Source of the DNA: Candidatus Saccharicenans sp. | Lineage (GTDB): Bacteria; Acidobacteriota; Aminicenantia; Aminicenantales; Saccharicenantaceae | Assembly (NCBI GenBank): GCA_030017715.1 | Contig: JASEIU010000001.1 | Span: 782,276 to 846,275 of the forward strand | Direction: 5' to 3' | Length of the DNA stretch: 64,000 nt | Part shown: positions 25,176 to 34,615 of the stretch, one piece after another | Layout of the letters: each line of letters starts with the position of its first letter | How positions within the stretch are numbered: the stretch's first letter is position 1 | Translations under genes and position numbers: made by a program | The notes under the pieces: model-generated | What the model was told of the DNA's origin: nothing | The model's input: only the letters and a program-made list of their open reading frames with translations | Databases searched by the model: none

Positions 25176-26864
25176 ATGAACCTGAAAATTATGAACCGAA
25201 GAGATTTTTTAAGAACCTCGGGAGCGGCGGCGGCCGGGGCGGCCGGGGCCTTGATACTCGTCGGCTGTCGTCGGGAGACGGACTTTGACCTGCTCATCAA
25301 GGAAGTCCTGGTGGTCGACGGCAGCGGCCGCCCGCCATACCAGGCCGATGTCGGCATCAGAGGGAAGCATATTCAATTTATTGGAAAACTAAGAAAAGGC
25401 CGGGCCCGCCGGGTGATCGAGGCCGGCGGTCTATGTCTTTCACCCGGTTTCATAGACGTTCACAACCACACCGATGTCCAGCTTCTGGTCTGCCCGACGG
25501 CCGATAGTTTAGTCCGTCAGGGCATAACCACCGTGATCGGCGGCAACTGCGGGGCCTCCCGTTTTCCGCTGACCACGGAGATGCTGGAGACGGAAAACCG
25601 CTACCTGCGGGAAGAACTGGGGATAGAAGCCGACTGGCAGGACCTGTCGGGTTTTTTTGGGAGGCTGGCTAAAAGAGGAATCGGAATAAATTATGCCACC
25701 CTGGTCGGCCAGGGCACCGTCCGGGCAGCTGTGGTCGGCTATGGTGACCGTCAGCCGTCGGCTGAAGAGCTGTCGCAGATGAAAGACCTGGTCAGACAGG
25801 CGATGAAACAGGGAGCGGTGGGGATTTCGACCGGCCTGGAGTATGCGCCCGGGAGTTTCGCCTCCACCGGGGAGTTGATTGAGCTTATTTCCGCCATAAA
25901 AACATATAACGGAATTTATGCCACCCACATGCGGGATGAAGAGGATGGCGTCCTGGATGCGGTGGAGGAGGCCATAACCATTGCCGAAAAAACCGGAGTC
26001 AGTCTGGAAATCTCCCACCTTAAGGTCGGTTATCCCCGCAACTGGGACAGGATTGACGCTCTTCTAGAAAAGATAGACCGGGCGGCCGAAAGGAGAATAC
26101 CGGTGGCGGCCGATGTCTATCCCTATACTGCCTTTGCCACCGGTCTGAGCATCTTTTTCCCGATCTGGGTCCGGGAGGGCAAAAAAGAAGATTTTCTCGG
26201 ACGCCTGAGAAATCCGGAACTTCAGCCAGATCTGCGGGAAGCGGTCAACCAGGCCGAGCGGAACGTCGGCACCTGGGATAAGGTCCTGATCTCTTCAGTC
26301 CGGACGGAGAAGAACCGCTGGCTGGAGGGATTGAACCTGCTGCAAGCCTCTGTCCTGCAGGGCAAGGATGTCTTTACTTTTATCCGCGACCTGCTACTGG
26401 AGGAAGAAGGGCAGGTGTCCATGGTTTGCTTTGCCATGAGCGAACATAACCTTCGAAGAATTTTGAAACATCCCCTGACCTGTCTCTGCACTGACGGAGA
26501 GCTGGCCTCGACTTCGGGGCCGCTGTTTAAGGGTAAGCCGCACCCGAGATACTACGGGAGTTTTCCCCGGGCCTTGGCCGAGTACGTGCGGAAAGAGCAG
26601 TTAATGCCACTGGAAGAAATGGTCAGAAAAATGACTTCGGCCCCGGCCGAGAAGTTCGGGCTCCTTAACAGAGGCCGAATCAAGGAAGGCTACGCTGCCG
26701 ACCTGGTTCTTTTTGATATCGAAAAGATACAGGATAAAGCAACCTGGTCGGAACCACATCAATTTCCGGAAGGCCTTCCCTACGTGGCCGTAAACGGCCG
26801 GTTGGTGGTGGATGGAGGGCAGTTTACCGGGAAATTGCCCGGAGAAATCCTGAGCCGTGGCTGA
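25176..26864 (+). CDS. N-acyl-D-amino-acid deacylase (D-aminoacylase) family amidohydrolase, TAT-signal
   Basis: 562 aa. MNRRDFLRTSGAAAAGAAGALILVGC twin-arginine signal with lipobox-like Cys. GFIDVHNHTD metal-binding motif and the overall D-aminoacylase layout. Confidence 0.8.
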   Translation: MNLKIMNRRDFLRTSGAAAAGAAGALILVGCRRETDFDLLIKEVLVVDGSGRPPYQADVGIRGKHIQFIGKLRKGRARRVIEAGGLCLSPGFIDVHNHTDVQLLVCPTADSLVRQGITTVIGGNCGASRFPLTTEMLETENRYLREELGIEADWQDLSGFFGRLAKRGIGINYATLVGQGTVRAAVVGYGDRQPSAEELSQMKDLVRQAMKQGAVGISTGLEYAPGSFASTGELIELISAIKTYNGIYATHMRDEEDGVLDAVEEAITIAEKTGVSLEISHLKVGYPRNWDRIDALLEKIDRAAERRIPVAADVYPYTAFATGLSIFFPIWVREGKKEDFLGRLRNPELQPDLREAVNQAERNVGTWDKVLISSVRTEKNRWLEGLNLLQASVLQGKDVFTFIRDLLLEEEGQVSMVCFAMSEHNLRRILKHPLTCLCTDGELASTSGPLFKGKPHPRYYGSFPRALAEYVRKEQLMPLEEMVRKMTSAPAEKFGLLNRGRIKEGYAADLVLFDIEKIQDKATWSEPHQFPEGLPYVAVNGRLVVDGGQFTGKLPGEILSRG

Positions 26865-26885
26865 GCGGAAAGGTGATAACCTGTA

Positions 26886-27836
26886 ATGAGACCTTTAAGC
26901 AAACTTCCTCCGGATAGGATTGATGTTAATTCTGTCCGAAAAAGAAAACTTCGTTTTCTGGCCGGTCTGCTGCTGGCGGCTTCTTTATTCCTTTTGCCAG
27001 TTGAGGGCAGAGCAGCCGAAAACCGCGTGCTCGAAGCCGGCACCGGAGACGTTTTCGAGCTTCGCTACCGGCAGCTGCAGCCGGGCGAGCCCCTGGTTCT
27101 GTTCTGGCAAAAGGCTGTTTCCGATTATGCCGGAGTATTTTTCGGCGACAGCAGCTTCTGGCTGAAAAGGGACGAAGGCCCGGGGCGTTTTTTGCTGCTG
27201 GGGCTGGATGTTATGTCCAGACCCGGGCAGCGGTTTCTGGAATTGGAACTGTGGGCGGGAGGACAGAGAGTTGAAAAATTGACCGTCAACCTGGAAATTG
27301 CGGCCAGGGATTTTCCGAAGAAAAAACTATCCGTCGACCAGAAATATGTGACCCCGCCGCGACAGGTCCTTGATAGAATCAAGAGGGAGTCGGAGCTGCT
27401 GGCTCTGGTATATGGCTCAAGCAGTTCCGACTGGCTGGCTGAAGGACCGTTTCTGCTGCCCTGCCAGGGAAATCTTTTTCCCAATTTCGGCCAGCAAAGA
27501 ATTTACAACGGCGTTCCGCGCTCGGTGCATACCGGTGTTGACATAGCTGTGCCGCTTGGACATCCGATTGCCGCCACCAATTCCGGCCGGGTGGTTCTGG
27601 CCTCTGACCTTTATTATTCGGGAAAAACAGTAATCATCGACCACGGCCTGGGTCTGTTCAGCAGTTATGCTCACCTATCAAAATTGCTGGTCAGAAGGGG
27701 AGAGATGGTGAAAACCGGCCAGACCGTCGGGCTGGCTGGCTCGACCGGTCTTTCTACCGGACCCCATCTCCACTGGGCGGTCAAAGTTTATGAGGCCAGG
27801 ATTGACCCGCTGTCTCTCCTGGAGTTAGGATTTTAG
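26886..27836 (+). CDS. M23 family metallopeptidase
   Basis: 316 aa. Signal/TM N-terminus. HTGVDIAVPLGHPIAATNSGRV..IIDHGLGLFSSYAHLS..GSTGLSTGPHLHWAV are the M23 (LytM) HxxxD and HxH motifs. Confidence 0.85.
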   Translation: MRPLSKLPPDRIDVNSVRKRKLRFLAGLLLAASLFLLPVEGRAAENRVLEAGTGDVFELRYRQLQPGEPLVLFWQKAVSDYAGVFFGDSSFWLKRDEGPGRFLLLGLDVMSRPGQRFLELELWAGGQRVEKLTVNLEIAARDFPKKKLSVDQKYVTPPRQVLDRIKRESELLALVYGSSSSDWLAEGPFLLPCQGNLFPNFGQQRIYNGVPRSVHTGVDIAVPLGHPIAATNSGRVVLASDLYYSGKTVIIDHGLGLFSSYAHLSKLLVRRGEMVKTGQTVGLAGSTGLSTGPHLHWAVKVYEARIDPLSLLELGF

Positions 27837-28184
27837 GTCCGCCTTCCGGGACTGACTTCAGAAAAATATCTTCGCCCCACACCCTGAGATATGACAGCCA
27901 ATACCGTCATATCCACCGATTTTTGGTGGCCTGACCTCAGGAGCAGGCAATCTGCCCGACCCGGTTATGGTCCGAGAATCGCCAATCCGATTTTCGGGCA
28001 GGCTGATTCTTCCGGCAACGAGACACCGGCGACTGATGATGAGGGACCAGACTTCTTTCTATCCGCGACCTGCGCCCCGCGCCACCGAAGACAGCTGCCG
28101 GAAATGCTTTTTGGGTCTTCTCCAAATTAGTTGACAAAATACCATATCTATTAAATGAGAGAAAATTAATGAATTCTTCTTTTT

Positions 28185-28746
28185 GTGATAGCCTTGCCGT
28201 TTCAATGGCGGCCGAAATTGTAAGGAGGGGACTGTCAGGTCGGGCCAGCCTCATGAAACCCATTTCTTGCTGTTTTTTTATTGGCTCTTGTAATAGGGGA
28301 GGGTCCTGTCACGGCCCGCCTCCTCCCGTCCTCGCTCCACCCATCCCCCCGCGGGGAACCCCTTCCGCTGCGGCCGGTTCGGAGACAGACCGTGCCACCC
28401 TCTGAAAGCCTTTCTTCGCCGATTCTTTATTGGACCGGATTAGAAAGAACGTCCTGCCGGGCTGGGCCGCGCTCCGGAGATCGGATTCTCGCCGATTCAT
28501 TGTCGGCTGAAATTATAAGGAGGGGACTGTCAGGTCGGGCCAGCCTCCTGCCTTTATTGCCGCCGGTCAGGGAAACAGAGAGGCTTCCTCGTTTGGTCAG
28601 AGCCGGGGCTGATCAAAAGGCTGCGAAGACACTTCTTTTAATCTCTCTTTGAGGCTGTGCCTCTAAAGGCCGCTCCCGATCCAATGAAATCTTATAGTCA
28701 TTCGACCAGATATTTTTCTTTTGACCAACTGATCGGGAGATGAACC
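28185..28746. repeat. Copy B (about 560 bp, longest) of the intergenic repeat family, containing three about 30-nt hairpin units
   Basis: Alignable end to end with the reverse complement of 52581-53006, except for a 150 bp segment present only here. Internal units at 28225-28252, 28297-28327 and 28519-28548 (GGAGGGGACTGTCAGGTCGGGCCAGCCTCC / GGGAGGGTCCTGTCACGGCCCGCCTCCTCCC) can each fold as a GGGAGG/CCUCCC-stemmed hairpin. Fills the gap between the convergent M23 and S9 genes up to the S9 stop codon. Confidence 0.85.
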
Positions 28747-30792
28747 TCATTTTTTAAGATAGGCGGCCAGCCAGTCCAGCACCGTCTTCCACCAGAGCCT
28801 GGCGTTTAAGGGCTTCTGAATGAAATGATCCTCGTCCGGAAAATAAAGCAGCCGGCTGGGAACCCCCATCCGCTGCAGGGAGGTGAAAAACTGCAGCCCC
28901 TGCTCCAGAGGCACCCGGAAATCGTTGGCGCCGTGAACGACCAGTGTTGGTGTCTTAAAATTCTGGACATAATAGCTGGGCGAGAATTTCTGGTACATTT
29001 CCGGGTTGGTCCAGGGAGTGCCGCGGTATTCCCACTCCGGGAACCAGAGTTCCTCGGTGGCTCCGTATTCTGAACGCAGGTCAAAAACTCCAGAATGACT
29101 GACCAGACAGTCAAAGATATCGGTCTGTCCGGCGATCCAGTCAATCATATAGCCTCCATAGGAAGCCCCGGCCGCTCCCAGTCTGTCCCTGTCTATAAAC
29201 TGACAGGCGCCTTGGAGGTAGCCAACGGCTTTGATGATATCCCGGAAGGGTTTGCCTCCCCAGTCGCCGCTGATCGAATCGGTAAAGGCCTGGCCGTAGC
29301 CGGTGCTGCCGTGGAAGTTGACCATGGCCACCACATAACCCGGGGCGGCGAACATCTGGGCATTCCAGCGGTAGTGGAAATTATCTCCCCAGGCTCCCTG
29401 GGGACCGCCGTGAATCAGCATCACCAGAGGATATTTTTGGTTCGGGTCGAAAAAGGGGGGCTTGAGCAGCAGTCCGTGAACGCGGTCGCCTTCCGATTCA
29501 AACCAGAAATCTTCGGCGGCATTCAACTCCAGACCGGCCAGAAGTTCGGCGTTGACCTCTGTCAGCCGCCTCAACTTCCTGGTGGTCAGGTCAAAAGCAT
29601 ACAGGTCGTTTGGAGAGTTAATCGCCTGTTTCAGGGCGTAGATGGTCCGGCCGTCGGGAGAAATCCGGAGCGAGCTCAGGAAGTGTCCTTCAAGAATTTT
29701 TTCGATTTTGCCGCCGGCCAGGGTAAGCCGGAAAAGGGAAGTCCGGGCTTTGTCCTCGCACAGGAAATAAAGAGCTTTGCTGTCGAGTGCCCAGAGGAAT
29801 TCGCTCACCGAATAGTCGAGGTTTTCGGTCAGGTTGCTGAAGGTCTTTTTCTGCCTGTCATAGATGATAAGGTCGAGCTTGTCGGCTTCAAAGCCCGGCC
29901 TGGACATGGCCCGGTAGGCAAGGTAACGGCCGTCGGGAGAATACCAGGGGTCGATATCGTTGGCCCGGCTGGGGGTGAGTTTTTCCATCTTCTTTCCATC
30001 GGGAGCGGTCAGGAAGATGTCGTTATTGGTGCCCAGCCCGAGCTTTAACTCCGGGTCGATGTTGCGCACCAGAGCGATTTCTTTTTCATCTGGCGACAGG
30101 CAAAAATCAAGTCCTCCTCCCAGGGCAATCGGCGGGGTGTCAAAATCACCCGGGGTCAGGTCCAGCGGTTTTTCGCCCTCCAGCGGAAACAGAAAGAGAT
30201 GACTCCTGGTGCCGTCAAACCAGGAATTCCAGTGGCGGAAAAGAAGATGGTCGTAAATTCTGGCCTTGACCCGGCTGTTTTCCTGCTCTTCGAATCTTTT
30301 TCGATTGGCTTCAAGGTCAGGGCAGTCCGGGAAAACCGAGCTGGTCAGCAGCAGGAATTTTCCCGACCCGGACCAGCTGAAAGAGCCGACTCCGCCCGGA
30401 AAATCGGTGAGCTTTCGGGCCTCGCCGCCGCCGGCCGGAATTATCCAGACCTGGGGCGAACCGCCCCGGGTTGAGATGAAGGCCAGATGTTTTCCGTCCG
30501 GAGACCAGCGCGGAAAATAATCGGCTGCCGGGCTGAAGACAAACGGCACCGGCGCCCCGCCCGAGGCCGGAACCAGGTAGATATCGCTGTTGCCGCGGTT
30601 GGTCTCCAGGCTCATGGCCGTGATGACCAGGGCCAGGTTCTTTCCGTCGGGGGAGAGCTGGGGGTCGGTAACCCGCTTGATTTTAATGAACTCGTCAAAG
30701 GTCAGAGCTTTCCTGGTCTGAGCCTGAGACAGAGTCAAACCCAAGCTCAAGCCGATGACCGTGATGATGAAGATTTTTAATGCCCGTCTCAT
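28747..30792 (-). CDS. S9 family serine peptidase (prolyl oligopeptidase/acylaminoacyl-peptidase-like) with N-terminal TolB-like beta-propeller
   Basis: 681 aa. Signal peptide. Beta-propeller repeats (..SPDGK.LAF..). C-terminal alpha/beta-hydrolase with ..GASYGGYM.. (GxSxGG nucleophile elbow) and ..VHGANDFRVP.. (Asp), ..PDEDHF.. (His). Confidence 0.85.
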   Translation of the reverse strand: MRRALKIFIITVIGLSLGLTLSQAQTRKALTFDEFIKIKRVTDPQLSPDGKNLALVITAMSLETNRGNSDIYLVPASGGAPVPFVFSPAADYFPRWSPDGKHLAFISTRGGSPQVWIIPAGGGEARKLTDFPGGVGSFSWSGSGKFLLLTSSVFPDCPDLEANRKRFEEQENSRVKARIYDHLLFRHWNSWFDGTRSHLFLFPLEGEKPLDLTPGDFDTPPIALGGGLDFCLSPDEKEIALVRNIDPELKLGLGTNNDIFLTAPDGKKMEKLTPSRANDIDPWYSPDGRYLAYRAMSRPGFEADKLDLIIYDRQKKTFSNLTENLDYSVSEFLWALDSKALYFLCEDKARTSLFRLTLAGGKIEKILEGHFLSSLRISPDGRTIYALKQAINSPNDLYAFDLTTRKLRRLTEVNAELLAGLELNAAEDFWFESEGDRVHGLLLKPPFFDPNQKYPLVMLIHGGPQGAWGDNFHYRWNAQMFAAPGYVVAMVNFHGSTGYGQAFTDSISGDWGGKPFRDIIKAVGYLQGACQFIDRDRLGAAGASYGGYMIDWIAGQTDIFDCLVSHSGVFDLRSEYGATEELWFPEWEYRGTPWTNPEMYQKFSPSYYVQNFKTPTLVVHGANDFRVPLEQGLQFFTSLQRMGVPSRLLYFPDEDHFIQKPLNARLWWKTVLDWLAAYLKK

Positions 30793-30865
30793 TAAATTCC
30801 TCCTGAAAATGACCGTTTGATTTTTCCGTGAGCATTATAAACTATCGGCCGGTCTCAGGCAAAGC

Positions 30866-30917
30866 AGGGTGCGGGGAACCCCTTCGGCTGCGGGCGATGG
30901 AGACAGGCCGGGCCGCT
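30866..30917. repeat. Copy D (minimal about 50 bp core) of the intergenic repeat family
   Basis: GCGGGGAACCCCTTCGGCTGCGGGCGATGGAGACAGGCCG matches the 28349-28392 core of copy B. Located in the divergent promoter region between the S9 peptidase and the ABC transporter operon. Confidence 0.75.
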
Positions 30918-31075
30918 CTGCCGCCAGTATTGAAGCCAACGGCTGAGGCCTGGATGGTACATAAATTTATAAATATTTTGCTGCCGGCGGAGTTTTCTGG
31001 TAAATAGTTATAAAATAAACTAAATTTGATTAAAACTCGTATTTAAGTGAAAGAGAAGTTAAACCGAAAAGACTG

Positions 31076-31987
31076 ATGAGCATAGAGCTTCAGAATATTC
31101 ATTACTCCTACGGCCAGGTCAAAGCCCTGAACGGGGTGAGCCTGTCGATCGGGGGCGGGGCCACCGGTCTGCTCGGGCCCAACGGGGCCGGCAAAAGTAC
31201 TCTGATTAAAATCATGTTAGGGTTTCTGACTCCGGCCGAAGGCCAGGGCAAGGTCCTGGGATACGATGTCAGAAATGAGCAGAAATTCATCCGCCGCCTG
31301 GTGGGTTACATGCCCGAGGACGAGTGCTTCATTCCCGGACTGGACGCGGTTACTTTTACTGCCCTGATGGGAGAGCTGTCCGGCCTGCCCCGGCAGGAAG
31401 CGATGAAGCGGGCTCACGAAGTTCTGTTCTACGTCGGGCTGGGAGAGTCCCGTTACCGGCTGGTTGACACTTACTCCTCGGGGATGAAGCAGAGGCTGAA
31501 ACTGGCCCAGGCCCTGGTTCATGACCCGAAGCTTCTTTTTCTGGATGAGCCGACTTCCAGCCTCGACCCGACCGGTCGGCAGGAAATCCTGGAGCTGATC
31601 GGGGAAGTGGCTTCCAGCAAGGATATCCGGGTGCTGCTGTCCTCGCATATCCTGGCCGACATCGAGCTTATCTGCGACCGGGTGGTTATCATCAACAAAG
31701 GAGAAATAGCGGCCTCCGGGCGAATCGAAGACCTGAAGATGAAAAACTACCAGCTTTATGAGCTCAGGGTCAAAGGCCAGCTCAACGGTTTCCGCCAGGA
31801 ACTGGAGCAGGCCGGCTGCCGGGTGGAAGAGACCGAAGATCGGCTGGTAAAAATTTATACCCCGCCTGATTTTGACCGGCGGCGGATTTTTCAGAGCGCC
31901 GCCAGGAACGGAGTCCAGGTCAGGCAGTTCGTCTGCAGTCAGACCTCTCTCGAAGACCTGTTTGCCAGAGTGGTGGGGGTGGATTGA
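31076..31987 (+). CDS. ABC transporter ATP-binding protein (ABC-2 type exporter)
   Basis: 303 aa. Walker A GPNGAGKST, signature YSSGMKQRL, Walker B LLFLDEPTSSLD. Confidence 0.9.
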   Translation: MSIELQNIHYSYGQVKALNGVSLSIGGGATGLLGPNGAGKSTLIKIMLGFLTPAEGQGKVLGYDVRNEQKFIRRLVGYMPEDECFIPGLDAVTFTALMGELSGLPRQEAMKRAHEVLFYVGLGESRYRLVDTYSSGMKQRLKLAQALVHDPKLLFLDEPTSSLDPTGRQEILELIGEVASSKDIRVLLSSHILADIELICDRVVIINKGEIAASGRIEDLKMKNYQLYELRVKGQLNGFRQELEQAGCRVEETEDRLVKIYTPPDFDRRRIFQSAARNGVQVRQFVCSQTSLEDLFARVVGVD

Positions 31988-32859
31988 TGGCAGAAGTCAG
32001 AGAAAAAGGTTACCATCACTGGGAAGGCCAGCTCCGGGAAAAGGGACCGGTCTTCTGGCCTATCACCCGGACCGGCATCAAGCTGGCCTTTCAGCGCAAA
32101 CGCTTTAAGTTTCTTTTTGCTCTGTCCTTTATCCCGGCCATAAGCTTTGCCGTGGGCGTTTACGTTTCCGAGCGGCTGGAAGATTTCAAGTTCATGGCCC
32201 AGGGAGCGGAAAAAACCCTTCAGGTCAACCCCGGCTTTTTTAAGACCTATCTCAGCCAGGATTTCATCTTTTTTATGATTCTGCTGTTGATGGCTCTGGG
32301 CGGAGCCGGACTGATCGCCGACGATTTTCGCCACAAAGCCATTCAGCTGTATTTTGCCCGGCCGCTGACCCGGCTTGATTACCTGCTGGGCAAGGCCGGG
32401 GTGGTGGCGTTTTTTGTCGGCCTGCTAACGCTGGTTCCGGCCGTTGTTCTGTTCCTGCTGAAACTTCTGTTCTCGGGCAGTTTTAAGTTTTTCCTGGACT
32501 ATCCCTGGTTGCTGCTATCGATAATCTTTTATTCAGCCTTTTTGATGGTTTTCTTCACCTGCTATATCCTGCTGGCTTCTTCTCTCAGCAAAAACCGCAA
32601 TTTTGTGATTGCCCTGATCTTTGCCGTTTATTATCTTTCGGAGATTGTCAGGGGGATATCCTACGTTATTTTCCGTTCTCCCTATTCAACTCTGCTGTCG
32701 ATAATGGGCAACCTGCAGCAGGTGGCGGCGGGGGTTTTTCAGGTCAGGCCGGCTCAGGATGTGCCCTGGTACCTGTCGTTACTGGTTCTTTCGGTTTTTT
32801 GTCTGCTGGCCTTAATCTTTCTAAGGCGCAAGCTCAGGGGAGTGGAGGTTATCCGGTGA
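31984..32859 (+). CDS. ABC-2 type transporter permease
   Basis: 291 aa, 6 predicted TM helices. Start overlaps the upstream ATPase stop (ATGA). Confidence 0.75.
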   Translation: MMAEVREKGYHHWEGQLREKGPVFWPITRTGIKLAFQRKRFKFLFALSFIPAISFAVGVYVSERLEDFKFMAQGAEKTLQVNPGFFKTYLSQDFIFFMILLLMALGGAGLIADDFRHKAIQLYFARPLTRLDYLLGKAGVVAFFVGLLTLVPAVVLFLLKLLFSGSFKFFLDYPWLLLSIIFYSAFLMVFFTCYILLASSLSKNRNFVIALIFAVYYLSEIVRGISYVIFRSPYSTLLSIMGNLQQVAAGVFQVRPAQDVPWYLSLLVLSVFCLLALIFLRRKLRGVEVIR

Positions 32860-33782
32860 CCGCGGTTATCGAAGCCAGGAATCTGTCTCGCTGGTACGGA
32901 AACGTCCTCGGCATCAGTGAAATCACCCTGAATCTTGAACCCGGAATAACCGCCCTGCTGGGGCCAAACGGTGCCGGCAAGTCGACTTTTATGAAAATCA
33001 TAACCGGGCAGCTGAAACCCAATATCGGCCAGGTCGCGATCTTCGGTCAACCGGTGTGGAACAACCGCCATATTTTCAGGCGGCTGGGTTTCTGCCCCGA
33101 GTCGGATGCTTTTTACGAAGAATTGACCGGTCTGGAATTCTTAACCGGTCTGCTGTCGCTTTACGGCTTCGACCGGAAAGAATGCCTGGACCGGGCCGAC
33201 CGGGCCCTGGAGCTGGTGGAATTGCAGGACGTCAGCCGCAGACCTATCCGGAGTTACAGCCGCGGGATGCGTCAGAGAATCAAGATTGCCCAGACCATTG
33301 CCCACGACCCGGAAGTTTTGATCCTGGACGAACCGCTGAGCGGTCTGGACCCGCTGGGCAAGAGGAGGATCATAAGGCTGATCAAAGAATTCCGGGATGC
33401 CGGCAAGACCGTGGTGGTTTCCAGCCATGTCTTGCCCGAGGTAGAAGCCCTGACCTCGGAAATCGTCCTGATCCATAACGGCAAAATCCTGGCCAGGGGA
33501 GACATTCACTTCATCCGGGAACTTCTGGACAGCCATCCCCACATGATCAGGATCAAGTCGCCGCAGTACAGAGACCTGGCCCGACTGCTGTCGAGCCAGG
33601 ACTATGTTCTTCACATCAGCTTTGAACCAGAAGCCTCGGCCGTGGTTTTCGAGACCCACCACCGCGACCGCTTCTTCGACCGGTTGAACGAGCTGGTGCT
33701 GGACCCGGGTCTGGACCTGGAAGAAATCACCTCGCCCGACGACAACCTGCAGGCGGTATTTGATTATCTGGTGGAAAGGTAA
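32856..33782 (+). CDS. ABC transporter ATP-binding protein (second copy)
   Basis: GTG start at 32856 overlapping the permease stop (GTGA). Walker A GPNGAGKST, signature YSRGMRQRI, Walker B LILDEPLSGLD. Confidence 0.85.
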   Translation: MTAVIEARNLSRWYGNVLGISEITLNLEPGITALLGPNGAGKSTFMKIITGQLKPNIGQVAIFGQPVWNNRHIFRRLGFCPESDAFYEELTGLEFLTGLLSLYGFDRKECLDRADRALELVELQDVSRRPIRSYSRGMRQRIKIAQTIAHDPEVLILDEPLSGLDPLGKRRIIRLIKEFRDAGKTVVVSSHVLPEVEALTSEIVLIHNGKILARGDIHFIRELLDSHPHMIRIKSPQYRDLARLLSSQDYVLHISFEPEASAVVFETHHRDRFFDRLNELVLDPGLDLEEITSPDDNLQAVFDYLVER

Positions 33783-33783
33783 A

Positions 33784-34566
33784 ATGAGAGAAGAAATAGT
33801 CAGGGTTTTTTCTTTATATTTTTTTCTGGGCAAGAAGTCCGGCCGGGCCCGCACTTTTTTCCTGCTCAGTTCGGCTGCGGTGCTCATGGCCCTGATAATC
33901 CGCACCTACCGTCTGGCCGGCCACTTGACCGAGGACGGGCAGGTGATTTTTCAGAATTTTCTGATGGTCTTCTTTCTGCAATTTCTGATCGTGCTCCTGG
34001 GGCTTTTCTACGGGAGCTCAATCGTGGCGGAAGAACTCGACTCCCGCACCCTGCCTTATCTGACCTCCCGGCCGGTGCGACGGACGGCCATCATCATCGG
34101 CAAGTACCTGGCCTACCTGAGCCTGACCAGCATCATGCTGGTCCTGGCCGTTCTTCTGTCATACCTGATACTCAACCTTGACCCTGATTTCCGGTTGAAG
34201 GACCTGATGACGGTGTTGCGTTATTCGGCCATCCTCTGGCTGGGACTGGCTGCCTACCTGGCTTTTTTCAGTTTCCTCGGCACCTGGTTGAAGAAGCCGA
34301 TTCTGGTGGGGCTGGCTTTTGGCTTCGGCTGGGAAAGCGTCATCCAGTACTTTCCGGGAACCACCCAGAAGCTGTCGGTGGCCCATTTCCTGAAATCGCT
34401 GCTTCCCCAGTATGCCAGCAGCAGCGGCAAACTCGGCTTTCTTTTTATCAGGCTGGAACCCACCAGGCCGCTGGTTGCGGTCTTGATCCTGGCTGGCATA
34501 GTGGCGGTTTTTCTCAGCCTGGCCTGCCTGATTTTTACTTACAAGGAATATCTGTTCGAGGATTGA
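33784..34566 (+). CDS. ABC-2 type transporter permease (second copy)
   Basis: About 260 aa multi-TM protein starting at ATG 33784 (MREEIVRVFSLYFF..), right after the ATPase stop. Confidence 0.7.
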   Translation: MREEIVRVFSLYFFLGKKSGRARTFFLLSSAAVLMALIIRTYRLAGHLTEDGQVIFQNFLMVFFLQFLIVLLGLFYGSSIVAEELDSRTLPYLTSRPVRRTAIIIGKYLAYLSLTSIMLVLAVLLSYLILNLDPDFRLKDLMTVLRYSAILWLGLAAYLAFFSFLGTWLKKPILVGLAFGFGWESVIQYFPGTTQKLSVAHFLKSLLPQYASSSGKLGFLFIRLEPTRPLVAVLILAGIVAVFLSLACLIFTYKEYLFED

Positions 34567-34615
34567 ATTTCAGCCCGCCCTTAAAAGGGCTTCAAGACAT
34601 AAGAATTCTTTTAGT

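Noticed and set aside
28281-28652. 123-aa ORF (and 24816..25055, 52686..52958) sharing a GPVTARLL..PLPLR peptide
   Set aside because: They lie inside copies of the non-coding repeat. The shared peptide follows from nucleotide identity. No start codon context or RBS. Substitutions between copies are not biased to synonymous positions. Treated as repeat/RNA, not CDS.
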